Assembly: GCA_963575745.1 (NCBI GenBank)
Contig: CAUYUJ010000199.1
Location: 62,001-116,926, forward strand
DNA from: Prorocentrum cordatum
Taxonomy: Eukaryota
Length of the DNA: 54,926 nucleotides
Direction of reading: 5' to 3'
Part shown: one piece after another, positions 1 through 13,070 of the stretch
Numbering within the stretch: position 1 is the first letter of the stretch
Layout: each line of letters starts with the position of its first letter
The notes under the pieces: model-generated
Seen by the model: the letters and a program-made list of their open reading frames with translations, nothing else
Databases searched by the model: none
Told to the model about the DNA's origin: nothing
Made by a program: the position numbers and the translations under genes

Positions 1-809
1 CTTACAAAGAATAACTATGCGCGCGCACTCGTTTATCAAAATCATACACTGTCATAAATCCTTTGCAACAGATCTGACGAAGTGCGCACGCGCGCGTCGT
101 CGCGCGCGCATGCCGAAGTCTTTTGTTTTTGAAAGGACTTCAAAGTTGAGTGTGCAGAGCACACAAACACAGGGTTTCGCAACACGGATGTTTAACAACA
201 ACATGCGGTTTTTGCAACTTTCCAAGACAACATGTTTTTTTTTTACATTTCAATACATGCTACCAAGCGGGCTTCGCGCGCGCGCGTGTCGAAATCGATC
301 GAACGCCCTTGCGCGCGTGCTGGGGTGGCACGATCCGTACCAAGTAACACCATGCGGGCCACTCTCGCGCGACTGCCGCGCGCGCATTTTGAAGCCCTCC
401 CTAAACCCTTATCGCCGACGCGAAGACGCCGTCATCGTCGTCGGCGTGATCAGCATCGGCGCCGTCACATGCTGCCCCGTCGTCGCTGTCAGCATCATTG
501 CCAGCATCGCTATTATCAGCATCGTGTCTACCGTTGTCGACGTTGTCATGATACCGCGCCCGCCCAAGTCGCCGACTCGCACTGCAGTGCCCGCTGGGCG
601 CGCCGAGCGGTCAGCGCCACCGCGTTCGCGTCGGTCGCGCCAAACTTGCCGGGCGCTGCCCGCGCGAGCATGCGCGGGCTAGCGCGGCCGCAGGGATGCA
701 CCAGCCAAAACCCAGCACTTCGCAATCGCTCCCGCATGGGGTTTGCAACCCAAGTTGCAGGTAGGTGGGTGCGATGATTGCGAGAGCAGTGGAGTTGACA
801 ACTTCGCGT

Positions 810-1060
810 TCGGCAAGTGGATTGCACGACATAGATGGCACCGCGTAGGATGCACCATGTAGATTGCACCACGTACGACGCACCACCTATAGTGTTCCAC
901 ATACGTTGCATGGCGTCCATTGCTCCATCTGGATTGCATCGTGTCTAGTGCACGACGTATGCGGCACATCATTTTCTTTGCATCGTATTTCGCACATGGT
1001 TGAGTGCACGACGTATGTGGCACGGCACAGTTTTTCCCCACACAAGTTGCACCACGTAGG
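810..1060. repeat. Degenerate short-period minisatellite (gtagattgcaccac-like)
   Basis: Recurring gtaggatgcacc / gtagattgcacc / gtgcacgacgtatg motifs. Confidence 0.55.
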
Positions 1061-3543
1061 TTCTCCTTGTTTGAACAATAAAGACTCCCTCCCTTCGGGG
1101 ATCATCCGTTCGCCCTTTCGCGTTGCAGTTGACATGTGGTTTTGTCCCATCGTTTATCCTAAAGTTGCATTTGCGCCGTCCCACGGGGGCCGGCATCGGC
1201 ACCTCCCGCCATCCCGTGCAAAAGTATTCAGCGCGCGCAGTGGTTTACCACACCTCATAAGTTGTCAAGAGTACCTTGTGCAACAATTTTGCGAAGCGCA
1301 CGCGCGCGTCGTCGGGCGCGCGCGCCGAAACCCTTCAAGCGCATTGGACTTCCGAGGGATTTTTAAAACGAGCGACCAGATAACATGTAAAACACAAGGC
1401 TTCGCCACGCGGGCATTCAAAATAGAAACTCGCGCGCGACTTCTTGCGAATTCTGAAGGATACCATTTGGTTTTTCAGCAATTTTAAGTTGCGCTACCAA
1501 GCGGGCTTCGCGCGCGCACGTCGAAATCGCGCAAGCCCCATGCGCGCGCGCCGTCGCGAGAATCGTTTGCAACAACTGGGGCGAAGTGCGCGCGGGCGTC
1601 GTCGCGCGGGCATGTCAAAATTAGCGAAACACTTTCGGTGCCGAATGTCCAAAACCATACGACAAACGCATGGTTTCGCAACATCAGTTTTCAAAACAGC
1701 GGTCGCTCGCGCTCTTGCGAAATTCTGCGGGTACACAAGGTGTTCTTCTCTTCTTCTTCTTAACATCCCCATTCGATTCTGCTAAACGGGCCTTTCGCGC
1801 CGCGTGCCGACATCATTGGCGCGCCTTTGCGCGCGGTTTGGGAGGGGGGGGCGCGGCCCGAGTCGCATGATGCCGCGCGGGCCACTCGCGCGTCGGCCGC
1901 GCGCGCATGTCGAACTCATTCTAAAACCTTCATCACCGACGCGAGAGCGCCGTCATCGTCGTCGCCGCGATCAGCGTCGGCGCCGCGCCGGCCGCGCATT
2001 CGTCGTTGCCAACCTTGTGACCAGCTTCGCTACTACCATTGTCGTGTTTACTCTTGTCGACGTTGCCATGGTACCGCGACCGCCCACATCGCCGGCTCGC
2101 AGCGATGCGCCCGCTGGGATGCGCCCAGCGGTCAGAGCCGCCGCGGCCGCGTCGGTCGCTCCAAACTAGTTGGCCGCTGCGCGAGCGCGCATGGGTTGGC
2201 GCGGTCGCATGGACGCACCAGCCAACGCCAAGCATGCATCGCAATCGCCACCGCGTGGGTTTTGAAAACCAAGTTGCGGGTGGGAGGGTGGGATGCATGC
2301 GCGAGCAGCGGAATGAACACTTTCAAGTTGAGCGTTGGAGGATTGCAAAACGTAGATTTTCACATTTCTTTGACCCACACAAAAGAAGCGTATAGGTTCC
2401 TTTGCATCCCCTCCGACTTATCGCCTCCCCGGGGGCCCATGCAAAACGCGTGTGATGCCGACCCACTGTCCAGCCTACCTGTGAACTCATGGTATCCCAG
2501 CCAGGCTGGTATCTGTCCCCCCTCGGTTCCTTCTGCAAGAAATTCTATGCTGTGGCATTGTTTCGAACGTGACATTGTTTCCTGAAATTTTGTTGTACAG
2601 ATATAATGCGGGGCGCACGGGCGCGGCCGTTGCGCGCGCATGTCAATATCCTTCCAAACACATGGTGCGTTCAACAAATTCAATTTCAACATCCCGTTTC
2701 AAGGGAACCTATGTCAAAACAACGAAGTTTTCACCGAACAAAGGTGAAACATATGCCCGCGCGTTTTTGCCGAATCCTCTAAAAACCCATGTTGTTTTCA
2801 ACATTCGTGTCAAATCTGGCTTTTTGGGCAAGTTTTGCGCGCCGTCGATCTCATTCAACAGCGGTCGCGCGCCTGCCAGGCGGGGCACATGCGCGCACAT
2901 GCGCTCACATGTGCCCGCATGCGCCCCACCTGGCAGGGTGACAAATACCATGCGGGGCACATGCGCGCGGCGGCCGCGCGCGCAGGCCGAAATCTGTCCA
3001 ACCACATGGTGGCTTCAACCATTTCGAGACCGAGCTTCGTGAAATCACACGAATCGTACCATACATATTCGGGAAAATACAAACACAAAAACATCTACCC
3101 GCGCACGCTTTCCGAATCCTAAAAGACCAATGTTTTTTCTCACAATCTTTGTTACGCGAGCAGCTTATGCGCGCGCGTCGAACGCCTTCAACATCGGTCG
3201 TGCGCTTGCCACGGCCACAGTCCCTTGTAAAATATACCATGCGGGGCACATGCGCGCGGCCGCCGCGCGCGCAGGTCGAAATTTGTCGTGTAATCACACG
3301 AATCGTACCATACATCCCCGACACAATGCAATAACAATCAAAATCTCTACCCGCGCGCGCTTTCCGAACCCTCTAAAAAATCATTTGTTTTTCCAATAGT
3401 TCGGTCATGCGAACAACTTTTGCGCGCGCGTCGAACTCCTCTATCATCGGTCGCGCGCTTGTCAGGGCCACAATCCCTTATACAAAAAAATCATACGGGG
3501 CGCATGCGTACGGCCGCCGCGCGCGCATGCCGAAATCCTTCTT

Positions 3544-3568
3544 GTCGTCGTCGTCGTTGTCATCGGCG

Positions 3569-3604
<36 letters not shown>

Positions 3605-3763
3605 TCGTCGTCGTCGTCGTCGTCGTTGGCGTCGTCGTCGCCGTCGTCATCGTCGTTTCCGTCGTCGTCCTCCCTCCCTCGTCGTCGTCGTCGGCGTCGT
3701 CGGCGTCCAGAAGCTCTCGACTCACGTCTTGTTCGCCGGAGCTCTCCACCCCCTCGTCGTCGT

Positions 3764-3795
<32 letters not shown>

Positions 3796-3804
3796 CCTCC
3801 TCCC

Positions 3805-3836
<32 letters not shown>

Positions 3837-3870
3837 CTCACTCCTCCGTCGTCGTCGCCGTCATCGTCGT
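3544..3870 (+). repeat. (GTC)n microsatellite, interrupted
   Basis: Long runs of gtcgtcgtc with point interruptions. Confidence 0.95.
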
Positions 3871-4588
3871 CGGCGTGATCAGCATCTTCGCCGTCACTGG
3901 CTGCCCCGTCGTCGCCGTCAGCATCGTCACCAGCATCGCTATTATCATCGTTGTGTCTGTCTACCGTTGTCGATGTTGCAATTATACCGCGCCCGCCCCA
4001 ATTGCCGACTCGCATTGAAGTGCCCGCTGGGATGTGCCGAGCGGTCGGCGCCACCGCATTCGCATTGGTCGCGCCAAACTAACTGGCCGCTACGCCCGCG
4101 AGCATGCGCGGGCTAGCGCGGCCGCAGAGATGCACCAGCCAACACCAAGCACTCATCGCAATCGCTCCCGCATGGGTTCGTCAAATCAATTTACGGGTGG
4201 GTGGGTGGGATGATTCCGCGAGCACTGGAGTTGACAATTTCAAGTTCGGCAAGTGAAGTGCCCCACGTAGATTGCACCGCGTATTTTGCTAGACACATCC
4301 TGGTTGGCCTTCGTGGTGCCTAGCGTTGATTGGGTCTTTTAGCGAATCGATGGGGCACGAATTTAGTCTACTTGTTGCCACCTTGAGGACGAAGGATGAG
4401 GATGGCGAAGACGAGGACGAAGACGACCAGAAGGAACACGAGGACGAGGACCCAGACCCTCCGAAGTTGTGATCGTTTTCAGTGTCGACCCCGAGAGGCT
4501 TAGACCGCTTCCAGGGCACTGGCTCTTCATCCTGGGCGTGTTATGTTTCGGTCCCCAGTCCCGGCCAGGGGCCCCAGAGGCCGTAAAT

Positions 4589-6666
4589 TATCCTGGCGAA
4601 GGGCCCAACCATATGCAGCTGTGCGTACTGCAAGTGTGAGTATCCCATTCGGTTGCGATCCTTAAAGGGCCACGAAAGAATGAGGGCTGTGCCGGGGCCT
4701 TCGATGGAGCTCCCTTCAGGGCCACGAAACGTGCAAGGGGTGTGCCGACATTGGTGCTGCGGGCGCACTGGAACGCAGCCACTGGGGCCTTTGGTGGAAC
4801 TCCTTGTGGGGCCACGAAACGTGTAAGGGGTGTGCCGATATGGGTGCGGTGGGCGCATGCGAACGCAGCCACTGGGGCCTTCGGTGGAGTTCCCTTTGGG
4901 GCCACGAGACGTGTGAGACGTGTGCCGAAATGGGTGCGGTGCGGTGGGCGCGTACGAACGCAGCCACTGGGGCCTTCGGTGGAGCTCCCTGTTGGGCCAC
5001 GAATCGTGTGAGGGGTGTGCCAAAATGGGTGCGGTGGGCGCATGCGAACGCAGCCAGTGTGGCCTTCTGTGGAGCTCCCTGTGGGGCCACGAAACGTGTG
5101 AGGAGTGCACCGAACTGGGTGCGGTGGGCGCATGCGAACGCAGCCACTGGGGCCTTCGGTGGAGCTTCCTGTGGGGCCACGAAACGTGAAAGGGCGTGCC
5201 GAAATGGGGCCACGAAACGTGTGGGACGTGTGCCGAAATGGGTGCGGTGGGCGCATGCGAACGCAGCCACAGGGGCCTTCGGTGGAGCTCCCTGTGGAAC
5301 CACGAAGCGTGTGAGGGGTGTGCCGAAATGGGTGCGGTGGGCGCATGTGAATGCAGTCCATGGGGCCCTCGGTGGGGTTCCCTGTGGGGCCACGAAACGT
5401 GTGGGACGTGTGCCGATATGGGTGCGGTGGGCGCATGCGAACGCAACCAGTGCGCCCTTCGGTGGGGTTCCCTGTGGGGCCACGAATCGTGTGAGGGGTG
5501 TGCCGGACTTGGTGCGGTGGGCGCATGCGAACGCAGCCATTGGGGCCTTCGATAGGGCTCCCTGTCGGGCCGCGAAACGTGTGAGGGGTGTGCCGAAATG
5601 GGCGCGGTGGGCGCATGCGAACGCAGCCGCAGGGGCGTTCGGTGGGGCTCCCTGCGGGGCCTCGAAACGTGTGACGAGTGTAGCGAAGTGGGTGCAATGG
5701 GCGCATGCGAACGCAGCCATTATGGCCTTCGGTGAAGCTCCCTGTGTGGCCACGAAGCGTGTGAGGGGTGTGCCGAAATGGGTGCAATGAGCGCATGTGA
5801 ACGCAGCCATTGGGGCCTTCGGTGGAGTTCCCTGTGGGGCCACGAAATGTGTAAGGGGCTTGCCGAAATGGGTGCGGTGGGCGCATGCGAACGCAGCCAC
5901 TGGGGCCTTCGGTGGAGCTCCCTGTGGGGCCACGAAGCGTGTGAAGGGTGTGCCGAAATGGGTGCGGTGGGCGCATGCGAACGCAGCCACAGGGGCCTTC
6001 GGTGGAGCTTCCTGTGGGGCCACGAAACGTGTGAGGGGTCTGCATAGATGGGTGCGGTGGGCGCATGCGAACGCAGCCTTTTGGGTCTTTGGTGGAGCTC
6101 CCTGTGGGGCCACGAAGCGTGTAAGGGGTGTGCCGACATGGGCGCGGTGGGCGCATGCGAACGCAACCACTGTGGCCTTTGGTGCTGGGGCCACGAAACG
6201 TGTGAGGGGTGTGCCGAACTGGGTGCGGTGGGCGCATTGGAACGCAGCCATTGGGGCCTTCGGTAGGGCTCCCTGTGGGGCCACGAAATGTGTAAGGGGT
6301 CTGCCGAAATGGGTGCGGTGGGCGCATGCGAACGCAGCCACTGGGGCCTTCGGTGGAGCTTCCCGTGGGGCCACGAAGCGTGTGAAGGGTGTGCCGAAAT
6401 GGGTGCGGTGAGCGCATGCGAAGGCAGCCTTTTGGGCCTTGGTGGAGCTCCCTGTGGGGCCACGAAACGTGTGAGTGGTGTGCCGAAGTGGAGAGGGGAG
6501 GAGAGGAGAGGAGAGGAGAGGAGAGGAGAGGAGAGGAGAGGAGAGGAGAGAGGGCGGCGCTCCTCTTGGAGGAGGGAGGAGGAGGGGGAGGAGAAGAGGA
6601 GAGGAGGAGTGACGCGGGGCACTGTCTTTTCAAAACGATGACCCAACACCACAGGATGGTTGGGAA
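4589..6666 (-). mobile_element. Satellite-carrying Helentron/DINE-1-like non-autonomous element, copy 1 (both ends present)
   Basis: Ends tatcctggcgaagggcccaaccat (4589) and cccaacaccacaggatggttgggaaaa (~6642-6668) are shared with copies at 23765-25057 and 40882. Subterminal inverted repeat cccaaccat/atggttggg, terminal hairpin cccaac...gttggg, purine microsatellite, central tandem array, A/T-rich flanks, no TSD. Confidence 0.7.
4695..6490. repeat. 90-bp tandem array (~20 units)
   Basis: gcgcatgcgaacgcagcc recurs every 90 bp (e.g. 5881, 5971, 6061); occasional deleted units. Confidence 0.95.
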
Positions 6667-7028
6667 AAAAAGGCCCAAGAGCCGTCCGCCGTGAGCTCTT
6701 TTCCACGCGAGAAGGTCAGGGCCACGACGGCGGCGAGGAGGACCCGTGCATCGGGCGTTCGATTTTTCCAACGCGTGGACCCCCAGTTTCGGATGCAACC
6801 CCTGGGAGGTCAAATTCTGACTTTGCCCGTGTCCGGACTCCCGCTTAATCCAGCTTAACTCCGTTTGATGCGGCTTAATTCCGTTTAGTCCGCGGCCTAA
6901 TCCGACGTAGTAGCCCCCCAACGGGACTTAATCAGTTTAGTCTATCCGACGAAGACCTCCCAGTAGTGGCCGCCTAACCCAGTGGCCTGGACCACTTCCC
7001 CGATCGGGGCTCAATAGTCGGGGGTCTA

Positions 7029-7204
7029 CAGTGGAGGCCCATGCCAACAAACACCCTGCTTGCCTCCTGGGTGCCCTGGGTTTCCTGGGTTTCGATGGTC
7101 TTGCGGTGGAGAGCGCGACGTTCTCACGCTAAAGGCCTGTGGACGTCCTGGGGTCTCAGGGTTGGGCTTCTTGTGAAAGGTTTCTTGTGGGGTGGCCTCC
7201 ACTG
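7029..7204. mobile_element. Tc1/mariner-type MITE
   Basis: TA|cagtggaggcc ... ggcctccactg|TA: perfect 11-bp TIR starting CAGT with TA on both sides. Confidence 0.75.
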
Positions 7205-7476
7205 TATGCAAACGGGGGCCAGCCAGAGCGCCGAGCCTTGCAGGATCCTGCAGAACCAGGGGTGCACGTATCCGGGCTTGGGCGCAGGATCCTGCAACAC
7301 GAGCTTGTAGCATCCTGCACAAAGCTCGACCGACCTGTATCCGGATTGACCCAGGCCAGTAGATCCACGGCCTGAGGTTGGCCCCTGGAGGCCAGAAACG
7401 GCCGACATGCGTCGGCTCTTGTTGGGTCGGAGTCTCGGACCTCCGGGTGAGTAGGGTTCGCATGGGCCCCCGTTTG

Positions 7477-7632
7477 CAGGAGGAGGAGGAGGAGGAGGAG
7501 GAGGAGGAGGAGGAGGAGGAGGAGGAGGAGGAGGAGGAGGGGAGGAGGAGAGGAGACCGAGGAGGAAACGGAGGAGGAGGGGGAGGAGGAGACCGAGGAG
7601 GAGGAGGAGGAGGAGGAGGAGGAGGAGGAGGA
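7477..7632 (+). repeat. (GGA)n microsatellite
   Basis: Direct reading. Further GGA tracts at ~8180-8430, 12700-12780, 13110-13167, 17588-18015, 22670-22780, 31735-31893, 38303-38453, 53515-53652 and 53940-54057. Confidence 0.95.
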
Positions 7633-7842
7633 GGCCGGAGACGGCCGAACTGCGGCGGCTCTTCTCTGGTCGGAGCTTCGGATCTCGGGGTGAGGTCCGG
7701 GGGCGACGGCGACGACCAGGACGAGCCCGCAGGACGCCGAGGAGCGGGCCCCGGAGCCGGCCTACCAGCGCGGGGCCTGCCCGCGCAGGCGCCGGGCGCC
7801 CGACGCCGGGGCGAGGCGAGAGGGGCGCGCGCGGGCCTCCGC

Positions 7843-7940
7843 TCGGGAGACTCTCCATGGGATCCCCAGGGGATCCTATGGGATCCCCCCCCTGGGGTCC
7901 TATCCCCCCATGGGATTCCCCCCCATGCAGAGTCTCCCGA
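7843..7940. mobile_element. 98-bp MITE with 5-bp TSD
   Basis: TIR tcgggagactct/agagtctcccga; perfect TSD tccgc (7838-7842 and 7941-7945). Confidence 0.85.
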
Positions 7941-8642
7941 TCCGCGCGGGGCGCCCGCCTCGCGCCGCCGCGCGGTGCGGCAGCAGCCTCGCGGGTGGTT
8001 TCGTAGGTTCGAGCAGGGCGATCCCTGACCTCTCCCTCCCTCCCTCCCTCCTCCTCTCCTCCCTCCTCCTCTCCTCCCTCCCTCCCTCGATTTCGTAGGT
8101 ACGTCCTCTCCTCCCTCCCTCGTCCTCCACCTGTTCGTGGGTACAGACGGAAGCGGAGGAAGGGGATGGGGCGAGGAGGGAGGATGAGGAGGGAGGGTCG
8201 GCCACGCGCGAGGATGAGGAGGGAGGATAACGAGGAGGGCAATGAGGAGGAGGAGGAGGAGGAGGAGGAGGAGGAGGAGGAGGCAGGAGGAGGCAGGAGG
8301 AGGCAGGAGGAGGAGGAGGAGGAGGAGGAGGAGGAGGAGGGTGAGGAGGAGGAGGAGGAAGAGGAAGCAGGAGGAAGCCGAGGATGATGGGGGGAGGCAG
8401 AGGTAGAGGCAGAGGCACAGGAGGAGGATGAGGAACGATAGCCAGGTTTCGTCGGTTCGTAGGTTCGTAGGTTCGTCAGGGCTGCACCTGAGCGGTGTTG
8501 TTGTGGTGGTTTCGTGGGCCGTGTTCGTTCCGGTTTCGTTTTGCGGTAGAGGAGGGTTCGGGACGAAGGCGAGGGACAACGATCTCAAAACGAAAGCGAA
8601 AAGCACCGTTTAGGGTCAGCCCTGGGTTCGATGTCTGCCAAC

Positions 8643-8853
8643 TCGGCGGCGGGTATGGGGGGGAAGTGAGAAGGGGGAGGCCTTCGCAGCAGGTGGCCGG
8701 GCTTCTCAGAAGCCCGCTGGCCTTCTGAAGAGTTTTCTGTGTTTTTGGGGAAGGCTGAGCAGACTTCTCAGAGGGCCAGGGGACTTCCGAATCTTCTGAG
8801 AAGGCCTTCTCATTCTCGCTCACTTCCCCCCCCCCCCCCTCGCTCGCCGCCGA
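8643..8853. mobile_element. Palindromic MITE-like element (cttctcagaag family)
   Basis: TIR tcggcggcg...ggggggg / ccccccc...cgccgccga. Related copies at ~15478-15667, ~19400-19604 and ~20605-20762. TSD not resolved. Confidence 0.65.
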
Positions 8854-8984
8854 ATAATGGGAGCCTTGGGTTTCCCTGCAGTTAAGCCGAAGTTGGACCT
8901 CCTGCTTCTCCTCGCCTCTCCCGTTCCTCCCTCTCCTCGTTCTTCTCGCCTACCTCGTCAGGGGGCGAGACTGCTCCAAGTCTT

Positions 8985-9149
8985 TCAGAAGGGAAAAACA
9001 CAGAGACACAATTAATCGTCGATTCCCCAGAAAATATGGGAAAATATCGGAAGTGGAGGGGGAAGACGAAAACCCAAAACAACATATAGGAACATACGGG
9101 GAATCATTTTTTTTGTGTGTATTTATTTGCGTGTCTTGGGACCCCTTCA
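8985..9149. mobile_element. MITE family C (~165 bp), 5-bp TSD
   Basis: tcagaaggg...ccccttca with perfect TSD gtctt. Other copies: 14523-14686 (aaagg/aaaga), 30129-30291 (ttcac/ttcac), 51082-51231 (gctac/gcttt). Confidence 0.85.
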
Positions 9150-9475
9150 GTCTTGTCCAAACCCCGTCCCACATGTGTTCCAGGTCTGGTCCAGATCAGG
9201 CCCAAGTCGGACAGCGCCAGGCGCCACACAGGCTCCCATGGAACGGACACCGAATGCACGTCCTCGCAGTCCGTCTTTGGAGTGCATTCGCGTGCGACAG
9301 CGTCTGGCTATCAATGACAAAGCGCCGATCTAGCGTATGTGAGCGTCAGTTTGATGTCGGTTTGCTTCGGTCAGCGCTTACTCGCAGGAGCCACACGAGC
9401 CAGCAAGGTGACACTGTAGGTTCCGATGATTTGCCGCAGAAGCGTGGGACGCTCCAGGAATGACCTGGTCTTAAG

Positions 9476-9614
9476 AGTGGCATCGCTCGGACGTGTGCAT
9501 TTTTCTTTCTGCGAGGACCATCGAGGAGCATCCTTGATCATTTGGCGAAAAAACACGTACAATACCGGAAAAAAAAACAAAAACACAGGGAATGGACGTC
9601 CGAGCGATGGCCAG
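9476..9614. mobile_element. MITE family G (~135 bp), 4-bp TSD
   Basis: TIR core tggcatcgctcggacgt / acgtccgagcgatggcca; TSD taag. Copies at 35726-35858 (gtcg) and 36401-36532 (gccg); partial copy ~33920-34006. Confidence 0.85.
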
Positions 9615-10038
9615 TAAGTGTTCGAACCCAGAGATAGATCCGAGGCTCCGAAGAATTGGAGCAATCGGATTGTTGCCATTTTCGTTTCTGGGGGCTCCAA
9701 CGAGCCCCGGGACCGTCAGAAAACGACTCAAGATGAAAAGCCAGCCTAATGGGGAAGTTGTTCAGATCACAGGGGGGCACGGACCTTCTTGACACGACTA
9801 ACGAGGGGCTAGCAGGCCCGATTAATGGGCCATTGAGCTGGACAAGTATGGCTTAAGCCGAGAAATTCAGCTGAATGTAGTAGGACCGAGCCGAGTGAAG
9901 CAGGAGAGGACCAGACCGAAAGGTATCCTGCGCAGGCCCAGGGGCCCCGAAAAAAGGGCGCAAGGGTTGGGGAATTGCGGCGGCGGTAAAGCCAGGGCAG
10001 CTCAAGGACCCGTCTCTTCTGGAGCCCTCCTTCCTTCT

Positions 10039-10224
10039 CTCGGGTCGAGCGAAAGGGGGGGGGTGGGAAAGGGGGGACACGAAATCTGCTGCATGTAGCT
10101 GGTTTCGGCCCCACCGAGGGGCCCGTTCCTCGATACATAGCCGCCTCCGGCGCGGGGGAAAACAGCTTCGTGAGCTGATTCTCACCCCCCCCCTTTGCTA
10201 TCCCCCCCTTTCGCCTGGCCTGAT
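10039..10224. mobile_element. MITE (~190 bp), 3-bp TSD family
   Basis: TIR ctcgggtcg(a/g)gcgaaagggggg; TSD tct. Copies at 22337-22534 (tta) and 37176-37372 (agt); disrupted copy at 37650-~38225. Confidence 0.85.
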
Positions 10225-10431
10225 TCTTTTTTGCATGCAGGATTTGGTGAGGGGTTCCAGAGGTGGCGAGGAGGAGCTTCAGCGTCCGGAAATCTCGATC
10301 TTGGAAAGGGGAGGAGAGGGAGGGAGGGAAGGTAAGGGAGGAGGATGGGGGAGGGAGGTAGGGAGGGAGGAGGCGGAGGCGAGATAGAGGGAGAGAGGAA
10401 GGGAGGGAGGGGAGGAGAAAGGGGGCGAAGA

Positions 10432-10465
<34 letters not shown>

Positions 10466-11505
10466 TAGAGGCCAGGACCTCTCCTCTTCCCTTCCTGCTG
10501 AGCCGTGGACCTCATTTCCCTTGGACGCCCGAGATGAGTTTTGTGCCCGAGAAAGAATGTTGTCCAAAACCGACAGCGGCCGCTGTTCTGTCCGTCTTCG
10601 GCTGGCGGGTGCCCTCAACTGACCAACTCATCGAGAGCATTGGAGCGCCAGATGTCAGGGAAGCCGTGCATACTAGAGGACTAGGCAAAGGCAAAACCAG
10701 ATGTGCCTATTGGCACACTCGCGAGAGAGTGGAACATGTACAGCCAAGACGTTGAACTAAGCACCGCTCTGGGTTCGGAAGGGGTTCGCTGTTCTTCGGG
10801 TCCTTCCGTGGCTGTTCCTCTGTCCCTCCTCGTGCACCCGGGCGCTCATGGCGCCAAGAAGGGGCTTCGCTGCTAGGTTAGCGTTCCTTTTGCGGCAGCT
10901 TGACTGTACCGGCACACGTGCTTGCCATGGCCAGGGGGATGGGCAGGCAGGGACGGACGGGGGGGGAAGGAGCAGCCCAAACGGGGTCTGAGAGCGCATG
11001 CTGCCGAGGGGCCGCCGCGCCGAACCGCCGATGCATCGGCGATGCCGCTCGATGTGGGGAGCCTGATTTTCGCCTCGCCGAGGCGTCGGCGACGTGGCGC
11101 GAGCCTCCGACCCCGCCTGCTCGGACCCCATGCGGGAGGCCTCCACCGAGGGCCCGCACTCACGCGCCCACGTCTTCCCATCACGGGCCGCCTCAGGTGC
11201 TCGACAAGGGGGCCCGAGCACCGATCGCGAGGCCTGCACGGCTTCTGAGGCAGTGGGGGGCGAGCCGCATGCCAGCTGCAGAGAGCTGCTCGCTGCGCGC
11301 CCGCAGCCCGCGCCGCGGCTCTGGGGGTCTCCGCCAGGGCTGCGCACTCAGCAGGGGCTGCGTGCTGCACACGGGCGACTGGGTGTCTGCGCCGCGCGCC
11401 GGCGTGGATGCTGACGTCTAGTCCAGAGACGTCACGGGATACCAAATCCAGCATTTTTTCCGTCGCAGCGCTGCAGAGGCAGTCCGCACGCGCGCTCGAG
11501 CGCTG

Positions 11506-11681
11506 TTTCTTTAGTGCTTGGGGCATAATGGGTATTATAGCCCCCGGCAACCCCTCCCCCCTATAATGTAACGCCCCGGCACTGCCGCCGCGCGCACGGC
11601 GGGGGGGAGGCGCGACATTATAACCCCCCCCCTGGCCCCTCCCCGCCTATAATGTTTCTTATATCGCCGGCAATAAAGAAA
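11506..11681. mobile_element. Short inverted-repeat-bounded element
   Basis: tttctttagtgc ... gcaataaagaaa, plus internal tataatgt/acattata inverted pair. TSD not resolved. Confidence 0.5.
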
Positions 11682-12236
11682 CGCCGCGCTCCTCGAGCGG
11701 CCTGGGCAGCGCAAAGCGCGAACTCACCTGTGGCAGGACGTGGAAAGGAGAGGCGGAGCGGCCGCGGGGCGGGAGGAGGGAGGGAGAGCCGCGGAGCGGC
11801 CAGGGCCCCCTCGGTTCGTGTTCTGCTCGCAACGAGGGAGCAGCACACGGAGGGGGCCATGGGGTGCGTGCGTTCGGATGGGGCCCCCAGCTCGAACGGG
11901 AGGCCCCCCGCGGTCCGACAGCCCGCACCCATACGCATAGCCAGTCCTCCTCCCTCCGACCCTCCTGTGGGTATGGGTGTGTGTGTGTGTTGTCCGCTTG
12001 TCAATCATATTTGTCGAGGCTCGCTGAGGGGCAGCGAACGCGATTTGTGTTTCCGGGGCGACGGAGGGGGGGCAACGCTCGTAGGGTAAGAGCAAAACTG
12101 AGCAGCCCAATCGTTGGTAAGAGCAAAACTCAGATCCGAGCTTCTTGCGAATGGGGGTCGTAGGGATTGGCCTTGACGGATCAAGCGTGCAGGCCGAGCG
12201 TATTGGGATTTGGCCTTGGATCGGCACGAACGAAAT

Positions 12237-12418
12237 GGGTACGGAAAGAATGGGTACAATGGCCAACAGCGGTCCCTGTTCATTTTGAACAGGACTCGCT
12301 GTCGGTGTCGCCGCGGCCTGTGTACATTTGAGACAGACGGCCGCCTGCCCAACAGCGGCCGCTGTTGGTTTGGGACAACATTTGTTGTTGGGCATTGTGC
12401 GCATTTTTTCCGTACCCA
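12237..12418. mobile_element. Short inverted-repeat-bounded element
   Basis: tgggtacggaaagaatg ... cattttttccgtaccca; a related segment lies inverted at ~10555-10590. Confidence 0.55.
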
Positions 12419-13026
12419 GTTCGGGCGTCCAAATTGGAAACACTGCTGCCCCCCCCAGGGACCTCCAACGCGTCCTCTTCTGCAGCACCCTCCCGGGGGA
12501 GCAGGAAGCTTCCAGGATTGCGTGGGCACTGCCGCTCACGAGGGCGTGGTGGTGGTAGGAGCCCGTTCGGAGAGGATGCTGGGTGTCAGACCTGGGGGGG
12601 GGATGGATGGCGAGGGGCGGGAAATGGAGGACGAGGAGGGAGGATGAGGGAGTCGCACGGGGAGGACCAGGGAGGACGGGGAGAAACAGGAAGACGCAGG
12701 AGAAGGAGGAGGAGGAGGAGGAGGAGGAGGAGGTAGAGGACGAGGAGGCGGAGGAGGAGGAGGAGGAGGAGGAGGAGGACGAGGCGGAAGCCGAGGACGA
12801 GGAGCCAGAGATCGGGGACGAGCACGGTGACGAGCACGAAGGCGAGGAGGAGGATGAGGAGGAGGAGGTGCAGGATGTGGAGCGCGTTGCTGAGCAGGAG
12901 GACGAGGTAGGACGAGGTAGACACGGACGCGGGCGGCTCGTGCGGCCCCTGCCCCTCCTTGGCCACCTGCCACGTCGCCCGCTCCCCCCCCGCCCTGCGC
13001 GCGCACCCGGCCAGCCCCCCCGCCAG

Positions 13027-13070
13027 GCGCGAGGACAGCCCGGAGTACGCCCCGCTGCACCTCCAGGACG
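13027..13070 (+). CDS. Candidate short exon (REDSPEYAPLHLQD), unknown gene
   Basis: C-rich tract then cag|G acceptor, G|gc donor, G/C at every third codon position. Unique sequence between GGA tracts. No recognisable homology. Confidence 0.35.

Larger units (their letters stand above)
1..4260. repeat. Large degenerate tandem repeat region: three diverged copies of a CG-rich unit
   Basis: A ~400-bp block (cgccgtcatcgtcgtc...ggtgggt...gagttgacaa) recurs at ~428-820, ~1948-2345 and ~3856-4255. The intervening DNA consists of recurring gcgcgcgc / AT-rich submodules. Confidence 0.8.

Noticed and set aside
17..4054. Recurring hydrophobic peptide AVIVVGVISI...VVAVSI suggesting a membrane protein
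   Set aside because: It derives from degenerate (GTC/ATC)n inside a thrice-repeated unit, with frameshifts between copies.
4541..6921. Long ORFs (777, 552, 328 aa) with 30-aa periodicity
   Set aside because: They arise from a stop-poor 90-bp tandem array that is open in several frames on both strands. Sister arrays have 77- and 89-bp monomers, which do not preserve frame.
7026..8606. Poly-E/G/R/P/S/L ORFs here and at 12536-13393, 17301-18121, 26577-28118, 31501-32205, 35205-35974 and 38113-38702
   Set aside because: They are translations of (GGA)n microsatellites, open in all frames.
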